The position numbers and the translations under genes are program-made. 64,000 bases of DNA from NCBI RefSeq assembly GCF_006345805.1, contig NC_043015.1, positions 1,550,001 to 1,614,000 of the forward strand. Reading direction: 5' to 3'. The DNA is from Octopus sinensis. Lineage: Eukaryota. Below are positions 12,775-26,344 of the stretch, piece after piece (positions within the stretch are counted from its first letter, which is position 1; every line of letters starts with the position of its first letter). The notes beneath the pieces are model-generated. The model saw only the letters and a list, made by a program, of their open reading frames with translations. It did no database searches and was not told the DNA's origin.

Positions 12775-14545
12775 CCATCATCATCATCATCTCAGTTGAT
12801 GTCGTTTGCATCTTATTCCATTATTTACAATGTGTTAGAGAGAGAGAGAGAGGGAGTGAGTGAGTGAGGGGTATTTGTGTGCTTGTGTGTACACGCACAT
12901 AGAAAGATAAATTGATAGATTGACTGAGAGAGAGAGATGCATATATACATACGTATATATATATATATAGACTTATTATGCTTTTTATTTTTTGTTTACT
13001 TTGCACACCCTATCCCACAATTCTCTTCGACAATGTCCCCACGTTTCTTCGTCTTTTTTTTCTTCTTCTTCGTTTTCTCCATTCCCCTCCTCGTTCCTCC
13101 TTCTTCATCATCGTCTTACCATTCCCCACCCCTTCATCTTCTCTCTTTTTCTCCTCTCCAACTTACACCATTCTTTTTCACCTTCCTTTCTTCCTCTTCT
13201 TCTTCTTCTTCTTCTTCTTCTTCTTCTTCTTCTTCTTCTTCTTCTTCCCACCTTGTTTTCGTTTTCTCTTCTACTTTTTTTTATTCTGTCTACTTATTTT
13301 TCCTTCACCGGTTCCTTCTTCATTTTCTTCCTCGTCGTTTCTTCAACTTACTTCTTCTTCCCTTTCCAACTTACGTCTTCCTTTTTTTTCTCTCCCCCAT
13401 CCCCCCCCCAAAAAAAAACCTTCCCATCATTCCACATTTTCTTATTTCTGTTTAATTTATTTCACCATTTTTTTCCCCTTTCTCTCATCATTCCACATCT
13501 CACCCCCACCCACCCTTTTTCCTCCACTTCCACCCGCTCTTTCCGTCTTTCATTCATTCGTTTCCTTCGCACTCTCTTCCTTCCTTCTTCCTCCTTCTTT
13601 CTTTTGTATCGTTCCATTTCTATTGTTAACCTTTTGTCAAGTCGACGTACGTTCGAGCTGTCTCATTTCCCGTTATTATTATTATTATTCGCCCTCATTA
13701 TCTCCTCCTACCCTCTACAACTCCCTCCTACTCCCTCCTACTCCCTCCTACTCTCTCCATAACTCCCTCATCTCTTTCTCTCTCTCTCTTTATCTCTCAC
13801 CCTCTCTTGTTCCCTTCCCCCTCTTTCTCTATCAACCTCTATATCCCTCTTGTATTACACTGTCCCTTACCCTTTCCCCCTTACTTTACAAACCCCACAC
13901 CCTCATTTTCTACTCCATAAATACGTTCATCTGTCTGTCTCTCTCCCTCTTTTCCTTTCCTTTCTTTCTATTTTCCCCTGGCTTCATCTATTTAATGATA
14001 TTTCTCCCTCCCTCTCTGCTTCTATCTTCACACACCCTCTCTCATGTCTTAGACATATTCACACACACACACACACATACACTCAGACATATTCACACAC
14101 ACACACACACATACACATACACACACACACTCACACACACACATGATCAGTCAGACATATACAAACACACACAAATGTAAATTGCATGTATAACAAACTG
14201 TCGCCACCACTGCCTCCTCCATCACTATCATTATTTCCATCATCATCGTCATCATCATCATCATCATCCTCATCGTCATCATCATCATCATCATTATCAT
14301 CATCATCATCGTAACTGAATCGTCACCGTCAACGTCAGTAACATTTCTTTTCGTCATCAACAGCTTCAACACGACCGACACCATCACCAACATCCCGTTG
14401 CTACTACCCCGCCATCGACGACATCATCATCAACACCGCCGCCACCACCACCACCATCATCATCATTATCTGTCATCATCGTCATCATCATCATTATCGT
14501 CGTTGTTATCGTCGTCGTCGTTGTCATCATCATCATCATCCACAG
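12376..14545. repeat. (TAC)n, (ATC)n 12598-12791, about 1-kb polypyrimidine tract 12990-14050 including (TTC)n, (CA)n and (ATC)n
   Basis: Direct reading. Confidence 0.92.
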
Positions 14546-14697
14546 CAACATATTCCTGATTTTCCTCTTCCTCCTACATTCTCTCCCTCCGGCTGCACTC
14601 TCTCTACCTCTCCGTCCTCCCCCTCAGTGTCATCTTGATTATCAACTCGCCACTACCGCCGCCTAACTGTCGCCAATAATGCAACACAGTAATAATA

Positions 14698-15586
14698 TAC
14701 CGGGTCATCTCATAAAATATGTGTTTTTTTCATTTGCATAAACTAAAAGTTGGACGACGACGGAATAAACTAGTAGCAATTTTACCTTGTCCTTATTCTT
14801 AGAGTAAGTTTTGAAGGGTGCCGTTCAATTTTAACAGTCATTTTTTCAAAGTCATAATGGGAGTGACAAAGGAGCATATTCGGCATATTTTGCTTTATGA
14901 GTTCAATAAAGGCAACAAAGCAACGCAAAGTGTGAGGAATATTAATGCAGTATAAAGGGATTGGACAATAAGTGTAAGCAAGTGTCAACGGTGGTTCCAG
15001 AAATTCCGAGCCGGAAACTACAGTTTAGATGACGAGATTCGTCCTGGAAGATCTGTAGAGCTCGACGAGGACGTCCTGTAAAACCTGGTGGAATAAAATG
15101 CCGCCGTAACTGTTGAGGAACTAGCAGAAAAGCTTGGATTTGGTCATTCAACCATTCATCAACATCAGCATGCCATCGAAAAAGTCAGCAAATTGTGTCA
15201 ATGTGTTCCTCACGAACTTTCCGAGTTTAATCAGCGATGATGACATTCCAAAGGCTGGAACAATTTGAGAGGGAAACGATGCCCCACCTACCATATTCGC
15301 TGGACATTGCCCCATCTGATTATCATTTATTCTGCAGTCTTCAAAATCATTTGGACGGAAAATTATGAATTCTGTAGACGAGGTCAGAAAAGTACTGGAG
15401 GAGTATTTTTCGTCACGGACAAGTGAATTTTGGAGCAGGGGCCTTGCAAATCTACCAGATAGATGGAAGAACATTGTAGAAAAGGAAAGAGAGAATATAT
15501 CTGAGATTAAAAAAGAACTTTATCTTAATTTTGAAAAATAAAAGAAATATAAAATAACTGTATTATTTACGGGATGACCCCTTTAT
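14698..15586 (+). mobile_element. Internally deleted mariner element with TIRs and transposase pseudogene
   Basis: Left TIR CGGGTCATCTCATAAAATA (14701) and right TATTTACGGGATGACCC (to 15580). From ATG 14857: MGVTKEHIRHILLYEFNKGNKAT..., WFQKFRAGNYSLDDEIRPGR, TVEELAEKLG, VPHELS, then HLPYSLDIAPSDYHLF (15285-15332, the YSPDLAP motif). Contains stops and frameshifts; the catalytic middle is missing. Confidence 0.9.
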
Positions 15587-16019
15587 ATATTCAAATGTAG
15601 GTATTAGGCTATCGTCCCAAGTGCTTATCTGGCGAAGTTAACCTCGGCTTCATTTGGCAGTCAAAGAATTGAATAAATATAAACAAGACGTACAATACGA
15701 CTTTTTCCACGCTTCCAATCATGACGACTATGGTGATGGTAATCGTCTCAAATCAAGACCAGCTGTGCAAACCTAATACTTTGAAATGCTTATTATTTCT
15801 ATATCCTCAATACGTCACCATTATAGCGACGTTTGAACATATGCGACTCGGTTTTCCCGTGACCCAAAACTTTTAAACTCTATGCTGGGCAGGGTTATTA
15901 ATATCATTCAACATTGTTAGTTCCCGAAATCTACCAAGTCGTCACTGTTTACTCGACTGGGAATGTTATTATTTTTCGCTAGCTGCAGTACACGGCTGTC
16001 ATGAGCAGAAGAAATAATA

Positions 16020-17010
16020 CATGAAAATATAGGTAATATTGCATTTTGCGTTCTCTAGAACAGTTTCGCTCATTTCAAGTTCATCATCTGGACTCCGCCC
16101 TTCGCAGGATCCGTCAGTCGCGGCAAATCATCGAGGTTAGCCTCAAAGCCCACTCTCCCAAGTTCACTACTCCTCGTAAAAGGTTAGGTGAAATGCGTTT
16201 GAGACACCGCAATAATTTGTTCGTTGTCGGAGAGCACACACCCGCTGTTGTTTTCATGCAAAGGATTTTAGCTTTGTTGCCATGCTGCGCCTCCTCTACC
16301 CGAGGCCAACGGATAGCTTTTGTGTCTAATGATTCAGAGCACGTGGCCTTGATCGTACAATGCAAGCATTGACTTTCACGTCGGGGAAGCTGTCAAGACA
16401 CATTCTCCCCGCTAAGACAACAATTGTGATGCCGTTTCTAAGGGACAAACGAGTTTTTTCTTCTCTCCTCTTGTTTTCTATAACTATCTCTTCTAAAATT
16501 AGCAAATGCTTTCGCGAGTTTCTTTCTTTTTGTTCTTTTTTTTAGTGAAACCCACACCCTGTGTTCATGTTTGATCCTGTCGATTTCCCCTGAACTTCAA
16601 CCCTTAGTCGATCCCTGAAATTTTCTCGCTCAAAGAAGGTCACATCCACCTTACAGTAACCACTTCATTGCTTTTTCATCTTTTCTAATTTGATAGTACA
16701 GGTCACAAATTTGTGATCTCACTAGCCAACTACTAGCAACTGTGAACAGCTTATATGAAAACCCTATCAATATATTATGTGGACGAGCCTCACCAATATG
16801 ACAAAGGTGACATTGTCACATTAGAAACATTGAGGCGAAACCTTTCAAACATTTAGAAATGCCTGAGAATTCTTGCAAAACTTTTGCACCCAACTCTTCT
16901 AACAGCTAGTCCTTTCGTGCGTCCAAGATCCCTATCCCATCGCTCAATAGCACTAATGAACGGTATGATCCTGTGGAAGTTTCTAGGTATCCAAAGAAGC
17001 CAGCAGTCCG
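16020..17010 (-). mobile_element. Tx1/L1-clade LINE ORF2 remnant (AP-endonuclease C-half and linker)
   Basis: Minus strand with frameshifts: FFGYLE...RSLVLLSDGIGILDARKD (GDxNA-like), YIDRVFI, DHKFVTCTIKL (SDH motif), GYCKVDVTFFERENFRDRL (GxWKLN-like), CIVRSRPRALNH, CVLSDNEQII...ANLDDLPRL. Recognised by motif order only. Confidence 0.65.
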
Positions 17011-17012
17011 GG

Positions 17013-17410
17013 TCTCGCTCCCATTGTAAACAAAGAAAAGCGAAGCTGCTTACTAATTCAGTCATCATGTCCATTTGATTCCAGAATTGTAAGCAAAGAA
17101 AATGAACAATTAAAAACGATATTAACCGTCGTAATTTGAAATAGCGAGAATTTAGCATATGAAAACTGTAAAGGTCGTGCCTGTAATAAATGGTGCATCA
17201 GAATCTGTGAGCAATGGTAAAAACAAATAGCTGAAGGAGATTGGAGTGGCGTGCCCTGTGGAGTTTCTTCAGAAAAAATTGCCTCTTAGGAACAAGAAAG
17301 AGTATTAGAAGAGTTTTGAAGACTTGAAAGATTATTGAAAATCTAAGTAATCCACTATTTACGCAAATTCTGCCAGGAATAAAAACAAACCTAAGTCAAA
17401 TCACCAATAG
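17013..17410 (+). mobile_element. R4/Dong-type RLE LINE 3' fragment
   Basis: Reads IVNKEKRSCLLIQSSCPFDSRIVSKENE, then MKTVKVVPVINGASESVS...LKEIGVACPVEFLQK...SIRRVLKT, resembling a decayed restriction-like endonuclease C-terminus. Confidence 0.7.
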
Positions 17411-17481
17411 TAATAATGATGATGTTGATGATGAAGACGTCGTCGACAACAATAATTTTGATAATAATGGTAGTTGTTATT

Positions 17482-17515
<34 letters not shown>

Positions 17516-17648
17516 ATTGTGGTGGTGGTGGCGGCGGCGGTGGTGGTGGTGATGGTGGTGGTGGTGGTAGTAGCAGCAGCAGCAGCTGTAGTAGTAGTAG
17601 TAGTAGTAGTAGTGGATTGTGGTGGTGGTGGTAGTAGCAACAGCAGCT

Positions 17649-17691
<43 letters not shown>

Positions 17692-17722
17692 TGGTGGTGG
17701 TGATGGTGGTGAAAGTAGTAGT

Positions 17723-17757
<35 letters not shown>

Positions 17758-17790
17758 TAGTAGTAGTAGATGAACGCCATCGTCATCATC
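17410..17790. repeat. (GTA/GTG/GCA)n compound microsatellite with higher-order duplication
   Basis: Direct reading. Confidence 0.92.
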
Positions 17791-18793
17791 ACATACCCCA
17801 TTTTTTCTTATTACAATTGCAATCCACCTAAGCATGTAAATAAATTTGGGGAAATTGATTTTTAATTTCACGAAATTATCTTCCTTTTCATTGAGAGTCG
17901 CACACAATTACTCCTAGCTAATTTTTCTCTCTCTCCACTTTACAGTAAAATTTCAATTAACTGACACATTCTGTGTGCTTAATAAGAATACATTACTACC
18001 CAAATTTTTTATATTAATTCATACCTAATTCCACTCGATTTTAATATTTTAACTCCTTCAATTATTTTAACCGGGCAAAAAATCATGGCCAGATTTATAC
18101 GTAATTATTTTTCTATGTGTAAAATCCCCAGTCCTCAAATCAGAGAAGTCTTCAGTATTTTGTATTACACTGACGAAATCCAGTTATACCGAGATGTGTA
18201 CATGTATGCTACCTTACTATTACTTACATTTTTCTCTTTGAGATTCGTAAAAAATATCTTGTAATTAATCGACGATTGGGATACTGGAAATAAATAACAC
18301 TTGTAAATTTATATTTGTGGTCGTGGATGATTGAGTACTTTCTGTAATTCAATTGAAGTGTTTTTGAGATTCAGCTTATGTATACTTGTGCATGTATGTG
18401 TATGTGTCTAACCGTGGTTTTTGTGTCTGCGTATACGCTTCTAACGAACAGAAAGTGTACTGAGGATGAGATACAACGGTCTCTCAAAAGAAAAGCGACA
18501 ATTGCATATATACATTAGTATATATATATATATATATATATAATGACAAAATAATAAATAAAACATATGCATATATACATACGTATATGTACATACCTAC
18601 ACCTATATGTATATATACATGCATATATGGGTACAGGACACCAAAAAAAGGTTGAACACAATGAGAAACGAAAACATAAAAACAAAAACATGGAAACAGG
18701 CTTTTTTCAAACAACGAAAAATCAGAGTAAAAGACATTCAACAAAAGGAATATTCCCCTTCTTCAGCTGCCCCTGCTTCGACTACTCCGTGTT

Positions 18794-18833
<40 letters not shown>

Positions 18834-18839
18834 GTGATA

Positions 18840-19020
18840 TTTTATCTTTTACGTGTTTCAGTCCTCAGACTGCGGTCATGCTGGTGCATCGCCTTGAAGG
18901 ATCTTAGTCCAATGAATCAATCCCAGTATATTTTTGTAAGCCAGATACTTATTTTATCGATCTCTTTGGTCGACCCCTTGAGTTACAGGAAAGTAAACAA
19001 ACCAACAAACTCAGACACAA
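18840..19020 (-). mobile_element. SINE family C 3' fragment, diverged
   Basis: GTTTCAGTC...GACTGCGGTCATGCTGGTGCATCGCC matches the tail at 7690-7730. Confidence 0.65.
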
Positions 19021-19021
19021 A

Positions 19022-19067
<46 letters not shown>

Positions 19068-19774
19068 ACACACACACACACACACAAGCTTATTCAAAAG
19101 ATACAAAGTTTGTGTATCGTTATTAAAGAGTAATTTTTCTGTTATTTACCTTTTTGGATATATTCTGATAATCTTTTGTTTCACCTAAGAGGTGGCTCCT
19201 CACCTGTCTTAATCATTAATTGTTCCATGTATCATTCTGCTGATGTCAGACACATATTCCTCTGGATAAGAATTGGTAGCAACTCGAAGTTTACCTCCTT
19301 TTCAAAATCCGGTGATTTATGAATTCGGAAATGCTAAAAGGCGGAACACCACACGAAGAATGCGATTGTTATTCCTGTTGCTGTAAAATTTTATGCTAGA
19401 GATATATCTCCGTTCCCTTCTTACATTATATTGAGAGGAGAGCGCCCAAAATCTTGGTCGAAGGATATGGTCGATATTCAGGTTGTATATATATGGTGTA
19501 AGTATAGCAAGACAAGAATTCCAGGATCGGAGAAAATCTTCACTCGCTACAGCTCAGAGGAGAATTAAAATGGAAATGAGCTGCTCGCATTAAGACAAAT
19601 GATAGGATACACAGGTAACTGTTCCCGAAGAGCAGATCATTTGTAGCAGTCGTAAGAGAGGGAATCAACCATTTAGCTTTGATGCAGAACAAATGTAAGT
19701 AAGAGAATAGAAATAATAACACAAGGATTCTTTGTTTGAATCAACTTACCTTCTGTCTTTCATTCAATGAGATA

Positions 19775-20350
19775 ATATTGGTTTCAAATTTTTGGCGCAA
19801 GGCCAGCAATGTAGGAGCAGGGGTAAGTCGATTGCATCGATCTCAGCACTCAACTGTTACTTATTTAATTGTCCCCGAAAGGCTTAAAGGCAAAGTCGGG
19901 CAGGCTGACATTTGAAATCAGAGCGTAAATCGGATGAAATACCTATTTCTTTACTACCCACAAGGGGTTAAACAAAGAGAGGACAAACAAGGACAGACAA
20001 ACGGATGAAGTCGATTATATCGACCCCAGTGCGTAACTGGTACTTAATTAATCGACCCCGAAAGGATGAAAGGCAAAGTCGACCTCAGCGGAATTTGAAC
20101 TCAGAACGTAGCGGCAGACGAAATACCTATTTCTTTATTACCCATAAGAAGCTAAACACAGAGGAGACAAACAAGGACAGACAGACGGACTAAGTCGATT
20201 ATATCAACCCCAGTGCGTAACTGGTATCTATTTAATCGACCCCGAAAGGATAAAAGGCAAAGTCGAACTCGGCGGAATTTGAACTCTTAACAGACGAAAT
20301 ACCGCTAAGCATTTCGCCCGACAGAGTAACATTTCTACCCGACCGCCGTC
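19775..20350 (-). mobile_element. SINE family A trimer: one head, three bodies
   Basis: Head at 20290-20350. Junctions GAAATACC|TATTTCTTT at 19943/4 and 20127/8. Confidence 0.85.
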
Positions 20351-21149
20351 TTGTCCTCTGAGATAATATTGTCCATTTAAGCAACTGTTTCAATGTTATA
20401 TATCGAACAGAAAGAGCAGAACAAAATTTTAGTATTTCCTGTTGTCTTTGTGTACCTTATCTACCTCTCTTAACTACACTTCTTTGACGAGTTGAATATT
20501 GCATTGCAGGTTAATTAAAACTCACCTGAAATAGAGAGCATTTCCTTTAGTTCAAGAAATAATTTAACACAATATAGGAAGCAAATTAACGTACGGTACT
20601 CTTCACTTTACAGCGTTCCATGTAGTCCAATAATTAATGTAAATAAGTGCTACCAGCTAATTAAAATACAGAATTAAGTTTGCAAATTTTTAGCATGTAG
20701 CACAGCTCTTGAAAAGGAATCAATGAGAGGGAAGGTAGTTTGTCAGAATTCTTGGAGTGTCGAATTTCTAGAGTGTTTTGTGGAGTTTGTTGTGGCAGTT
20801 TAGCGTCTGATTTCATTCCCATGGTCAAGCTGGCATTTCTGTATTTCGTGATTGAGAAAATATACTTCAATTTAAGAATCGACTTACCATTTCACATCAA
20901 CAAGGCTGGCTTCAACTTGAATTAAATACAATTATTCATACGAAAGTAAACGTTGTTCTTCGATCAAATTAACTCAATCTCAAATTTGCAATTTATTTTA
21001 CCACGGTCAAAAATTACTGGGGCAGGTTAATAAATTACTGGAAATTACTGGGGTCTCCAACTCTGTCGACAAGATTCATTCAGTGGTTCAACCAACTGGA
21101 CTTTTACACAGAATATTAACGCTCAGGAAGTTCTTATTCTATTAATACG

Positions 21150-21382
21150 TATTTCTTTACTACCCACAAGGGGCTAAACACAGAGGGGTCAAACAAGGAC
21201 AGACAAACGGATTAAGTCTATTACATCGACCCAAGTGCGTAACTGGTTCTTAATTTATCGACCACGAAAGAATGAAAGGTAAAGTTGACCTCGGCGGAAT
21301 TTGAACTCAGAACGTAACGGCATACGAAATACGGCTACGCATTTCGCCCGGCGTGCTAACGGTTCTGCCAGCTCGACGCCTT
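21150..21382 (-). mobile_element. SINE family A, full length, tail type A
   Basis: Near-identical to 31404-31636. Confidence 0.9.
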
Positions 21383-22737
21383 ATTCTATAAATACGGTTA
21401 CCTTTATTGCAACGCGCGTGCAAAAGCAGCATGAAGCGAATGCCAAGGCTGGTGTTTTGAATACCATTAATAATTCAGAGAACAAAAGAGAAACCGATCC
21501 TAGCACTGGCTTGATTTTCTATTAACCGCAAGAATGGAAGATGATCCCTGCAAGGTTTGAAATAGAACCCAAATTCACCAGACTTATACCGAAACGCATT
21601 ACTATTCGACGATGTAATGAGAAGTTCGCCGTATTCATTCATTTAATAGATTTCCATTCAAGTGATGACATTGATTTAATCGAATATAAAATTCCTTTCT
21701 CCCCTCCGAGTCGACTAAACCCATCATGAAATCCCACCATTCTAAAAATGTGTAGCAATACCAGAGTTATAAATTGCTATTATTTCTTTGCCAAGCGATG
21801 CTGACGTGGGGGGGTCTTTGCATATTTTTATTGTTCAGTGGGCGTAAAAAAATACAATTACCAACCAATTACTGGGATCGATTATATTGATTATACCCCT
21901 CCCACATCATTTGTGATCTGTTAGAAATAATTTTTGCTAATGTTGTCCTGTATTTAAAGCGCTGTTGAGTCAACTGAGCTGTTTATAGTTACCAGAGGTC
22001 GACAAAGTAAGCACGAGTCAAAGACTGGAGTCATCTTAATCAAATTTATTTTCTCCACAAAATTGTGGTCTTGGGCCGTTAGATAGGCGCTTGGGTCAAA
22101 TCCTTCTTCCTCTCATTCCTTTCACATTCACCTCCTTTCTCTCTCTCCCTCTCCCTCTCCTCTCTCTCTCTCTCTCAGTCCATGTCTCTGCATTTTACCC
22201 GTAAGACGAGGGCCTAGCTGTATCAGATCAATTCACACCGATTCAGTCTAAGAATGAAATTAAACGTACTAGCCTCCATGGAATACTCAGCTATTTACAC
22301 GTTAATTTCAAATGTAGACATTCAGTTGGCCAATACACTGAATTCTCATAGTCAAAACACACGGAAAACCTAGAATTTCACGAACCTGGGAAAATACTGT
22401 GATTAATCTTTTAAAAAACCCATATTAGCATAAACAGTAGAACATCAGATAAACTAGGTTGCAGTGTTTAGTATTCTGACTTTATGTTCTGAGTTCAAAT
22501 CTCACTGAATTGTACTTATATTTATTTACTTATTTCTTCTGTTTATTTTTATTATTATTATTATTATTACAAATGCCGTACTAGACAGAGGCTTTCATGG
22601 CTTTTGATCTTAACTGATTGAAAGTGTTATGTACATTGTTTTGTTTTCGTATAAATGATGGGCTACAGCAAATATTCTGCTCAATACAACAGATTGGTTT
22701 GTCAGTTGTTCGACCGTAACCAGTTGAGCATGTCTAC

Positions 22738-22770
<33 letters not shown>

Positions 22771-22778
22771 GTATTATT

Positions 22779-22819
<41 letters not shown>

Positions 22820-22823
<4 letters not shown>

Positions 22824-23125
22824 GAGTGAGTGAGAGAGCAGTGCATATCATCAAAGTGACACTGGGGCCAAATATACGAAGCTCAGTATACCCATCATGA
22901 CTACCCGTCTGATTAGGGCACACTAGGCACATCGATTGCAACGATATGTGCGCGACATGATAAACAGCACATGACCTTGCTGGTGGAGCCCATCCCGCTC
23001 AAAAGGTCCCTGAATAAGGGTTGTTTAAGGATGTTGAACGAAATGACCATGTTTTCGAAGGTGAATTATCCAAATCCCAAAGAATTCCTCTCAGCACGTG
23101 ACAATGATGCTCCCCCACTATTTAT
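22820..23125 (-). mobile_element. Unclassified retroposon 3' part with ATT tail (same family as 4478-4620)
   Basis: Reverse complement similarity to 4478-4590; tail tract at 22738-22822. Confidence 0.6.
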
Positions 23126-23579
23126 TTCCAGATCGATTAAAGAGGTACCAGTCACGCACTGGAGTCGATGTAACCGACTTAATCCCCTCCTCCAAGCTGC
23201 CCTTGTGGCAGAAGGGAAATGCTGTCCTCGAGTGAGTTTTTTGAAAATTGGGTGAAAGGTTCTGAAAATGGCAAGAGTGGATGGGAGTCTGAGGGAAAGA
23301 ATTGGAAAGGGCACTTGCACTTGGGGTTTGAGGGAAATCTCGGACATTGCGTTCTTCGATTATTCCTAGACGCCTTTCTGTATCCGGAGGGCCACATCTC
23401 TATCATCCTCCCCGCCATTTTCTTTTTTTACCTTTCTATGCTAAGCATATTCCCCTTCTTTTACAGCATATACCGTATATACTTAGATTATTTAAATCGT
23501 TTCATTATATGTAAACCCTCACACTTTATGTCTGCTCCTGTATTCTCCCCCTCATACCTCGCCCTTGAGACAAATAAAT

Positions 23580-23717
23580 GAAATCATTATTATTATAATT
23601 ATTGTTGTTGTTGTTGTTATTATAATTATCATTATCATCATCATCATTATTATTATCATTATTATGATTTTCATTGTTTCTACTCTTACTACTACTATTA
23701 CTACAACTACTACAACA

Positions 23718-23748
<31 letters not shown>

Positions 23749-23820
23749 ACATCACTACTACAACTACTACTTCTATCATTATTACTATTATTATTATTAT
23801 CATCATCATTGTTATCATTA

Positions 23821-23886
<66 letters not shown>

Positions 23887-23894
23887 CGTTATTA

Positions 23895-23925
<31 letters not shown>

Positions 23926-24570
23926 GATTATTATTATTATTATTATTATTATTATCATTATGAGTATTATTATTATTATTATTATTATCATTATTATCAT
24001 TATGATTATTATTATTATTATTATCATTATTATCATTATGATTATTATTATTTTTATTATCATTATTATTATTATAGATATTTCCAGGGTACAATAAAAA
24101 ATTTTAGTAAAGAAACAGTCAAGCTCTTTACTGTTTGTTAATCGATGTTATTATTATTGTTAATGGACGATATCTGCAATTGTTGACGATGTTAATTCCT
24201 GAGTGATAATGCCTATGATGTTGTTGATGATGATAATGATGATGATGATGATGATGATGAAGACAAGCGATGGACGATGATGAGGATTCTGTTGGGAGTG
24301 GTATTACTGATGGAGCTGATGATGGGGATGATGATAATGATGATGATGATGATGCTGATGATGGGTTGTGATGCTGTTTTTGGTGGTAGCATTGGTGACG
24401 GTGGTAGTGGTGATTATGTTAATGATGATGCTTTGGGGGTGGTGTTAGTGTTGGAGCTGATGATGGTGATGATGATGATGATGATGATGAAGATGATGGT
24501 GATGATGATGATGAGGAACAAAGGGTTATGATGCTGTTCTTGGTGGTAGTATTGGTGAAGGTAGTGAAGG

Positions 24571-24640
<70 letters not shown>

Positions 24641-24775
24641 GTTGATGGTGATGATGATGATGATGGCAACGACAATTGTGATGACGAAGATGATTATGAT
24701 CAATATGATGAATTTGATCATCATCATCATCATGAGATCGATCATGCCCAAGACGATTATGTTCATGATGATGAA

Positions 24776-24807
<32 letters not shown>

Positions 24808-24879
24808 CGAAGACGACGATGTCGTTGATGATGATGATGATGATGATGAGGATGATGATAATGATGATGATGATGATGT

Positions 24880-24916
<37 letters not shown>

Positions 24917-25041
24917 ATGATGATGATGATGATGTTGATGATGATGATGATGATGATGATGATATGATGATGATGATGATGATGATGACGATGATGATGA
25001 CGATGATGATGATGGAGATGATGATGATGGTGATGACGTTG

Positions 25042-25077
<36 letters not shown>

Positions 25078-25644
25078 GTGTTCATGTCCGCGTTCTTTCA
25101 ATTTATTTTCCTACTCAGTGAATCGTAAAATTCTTTCAGCTCAACAAATTGCTTCCCCTTGGGACCCGCTAATGTTTTCAATTATTCTCTTCTCACATTT
25201 TAATGGCACCACACTAGGGATTACTCTTGTTGTTGTCGTTGTTGCACTTGCTACTGCTGCTGCTGCTGTTGCTACTACAACTGCTGTTTTCATTATTAGC
25301 TTCATCATGGTGACGACACCGACGAAGCAGAACGTGGCGAAGACGGTAGTCGGTGATAAGGATGATAATTGTGATGATGATGATGGTTGCTCTGCTATTG
25401 CTCATGCCGTTGATGACAATCATGATGGTGATGATGATGGTAGCGGTGGTGATGCTGGTGGTATTGATGATCTTGGCGATCATGGTGATCAAGTTGATTA
25501 TAATAAGGGTGAAAATGATGATAATTATAATGATGATAATGATGATGATGATGGTAGTGATGATAGTGGTAATAATTATGATAATGATTACGATGGTGGC
25601 ATCCTATAATCACCGTCTTTTCTGCTTCATTTTCCCAAATGTTC

Positions 25645-25729
<85 letters not shown>

Positions 25730-26120
25730 GTCATCGTCATCATCATCATTATTATTATCATTCTCACTACTATTACTACTACAACTACTACTACCACCAC
25801 TACTACCACCGCCACCACTACTACTGCTGTTACTACTACAAATACTACTGCCACCACCACCATTACCATTATCATCATCATAATTATCATATCTCATCAT
25901 TACCATTCACATCATAATCTCCATCATCGTTCTCATGGCTACTAGCAGTACCAATACCAACATCACCATCCTCCTCCTCATTATCATCATCATCATCATC
26001 ATCCACGTCATCATAATCATCATCATCATCATCATCCCCATCATCACCACCATCACCACCGCCACCACCAACAACAACAAGAACAGCGAAAGGAACGACA
26101 GTAATGATAACAACAATATT
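23580..26120. repeat. Microsatellite field: (ATT/TAC)n 23580-24075, (GAT)n 24220-25085, (ATC)n 25645-26120
   Basis: Direct reading; source of the poly-M/D/H/I ORFs. Confidence 0.95.
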
Positions 26121-26344
26121 GCCTAGAATCATTCTCCGCAAAACAGGATCCAATCACCTTCTACGTTTGATTAAACATTTTCTCCCATCAATTCCGCATT
26201 TCTTACATTCCGCCAAAGGTAAAAGTCGGTTCTTATTTATATTAACATCATTTTCATTAGTTATCATTTTTTGAACAATTATTTTTACCTTTATTCCCTT
26301 TTTAAGGCAACGAATTGACAGACTCGTTTGCACCATAGACGAAA

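Noticed and set aside
12978-14180. Longest ORF (400 aa, F/L/S/P-rich)
   Set aside because: Polypyrimidine tract that cannot encode stops; not a membrane protein.
24277-26153. Poly-His/Met/Asp ORFs (e.g. 24414-25085, 223 aa)
   Set aside because: (GAT)n/(ATC)n repeats open in several frames on both strands; no domain or splice context.
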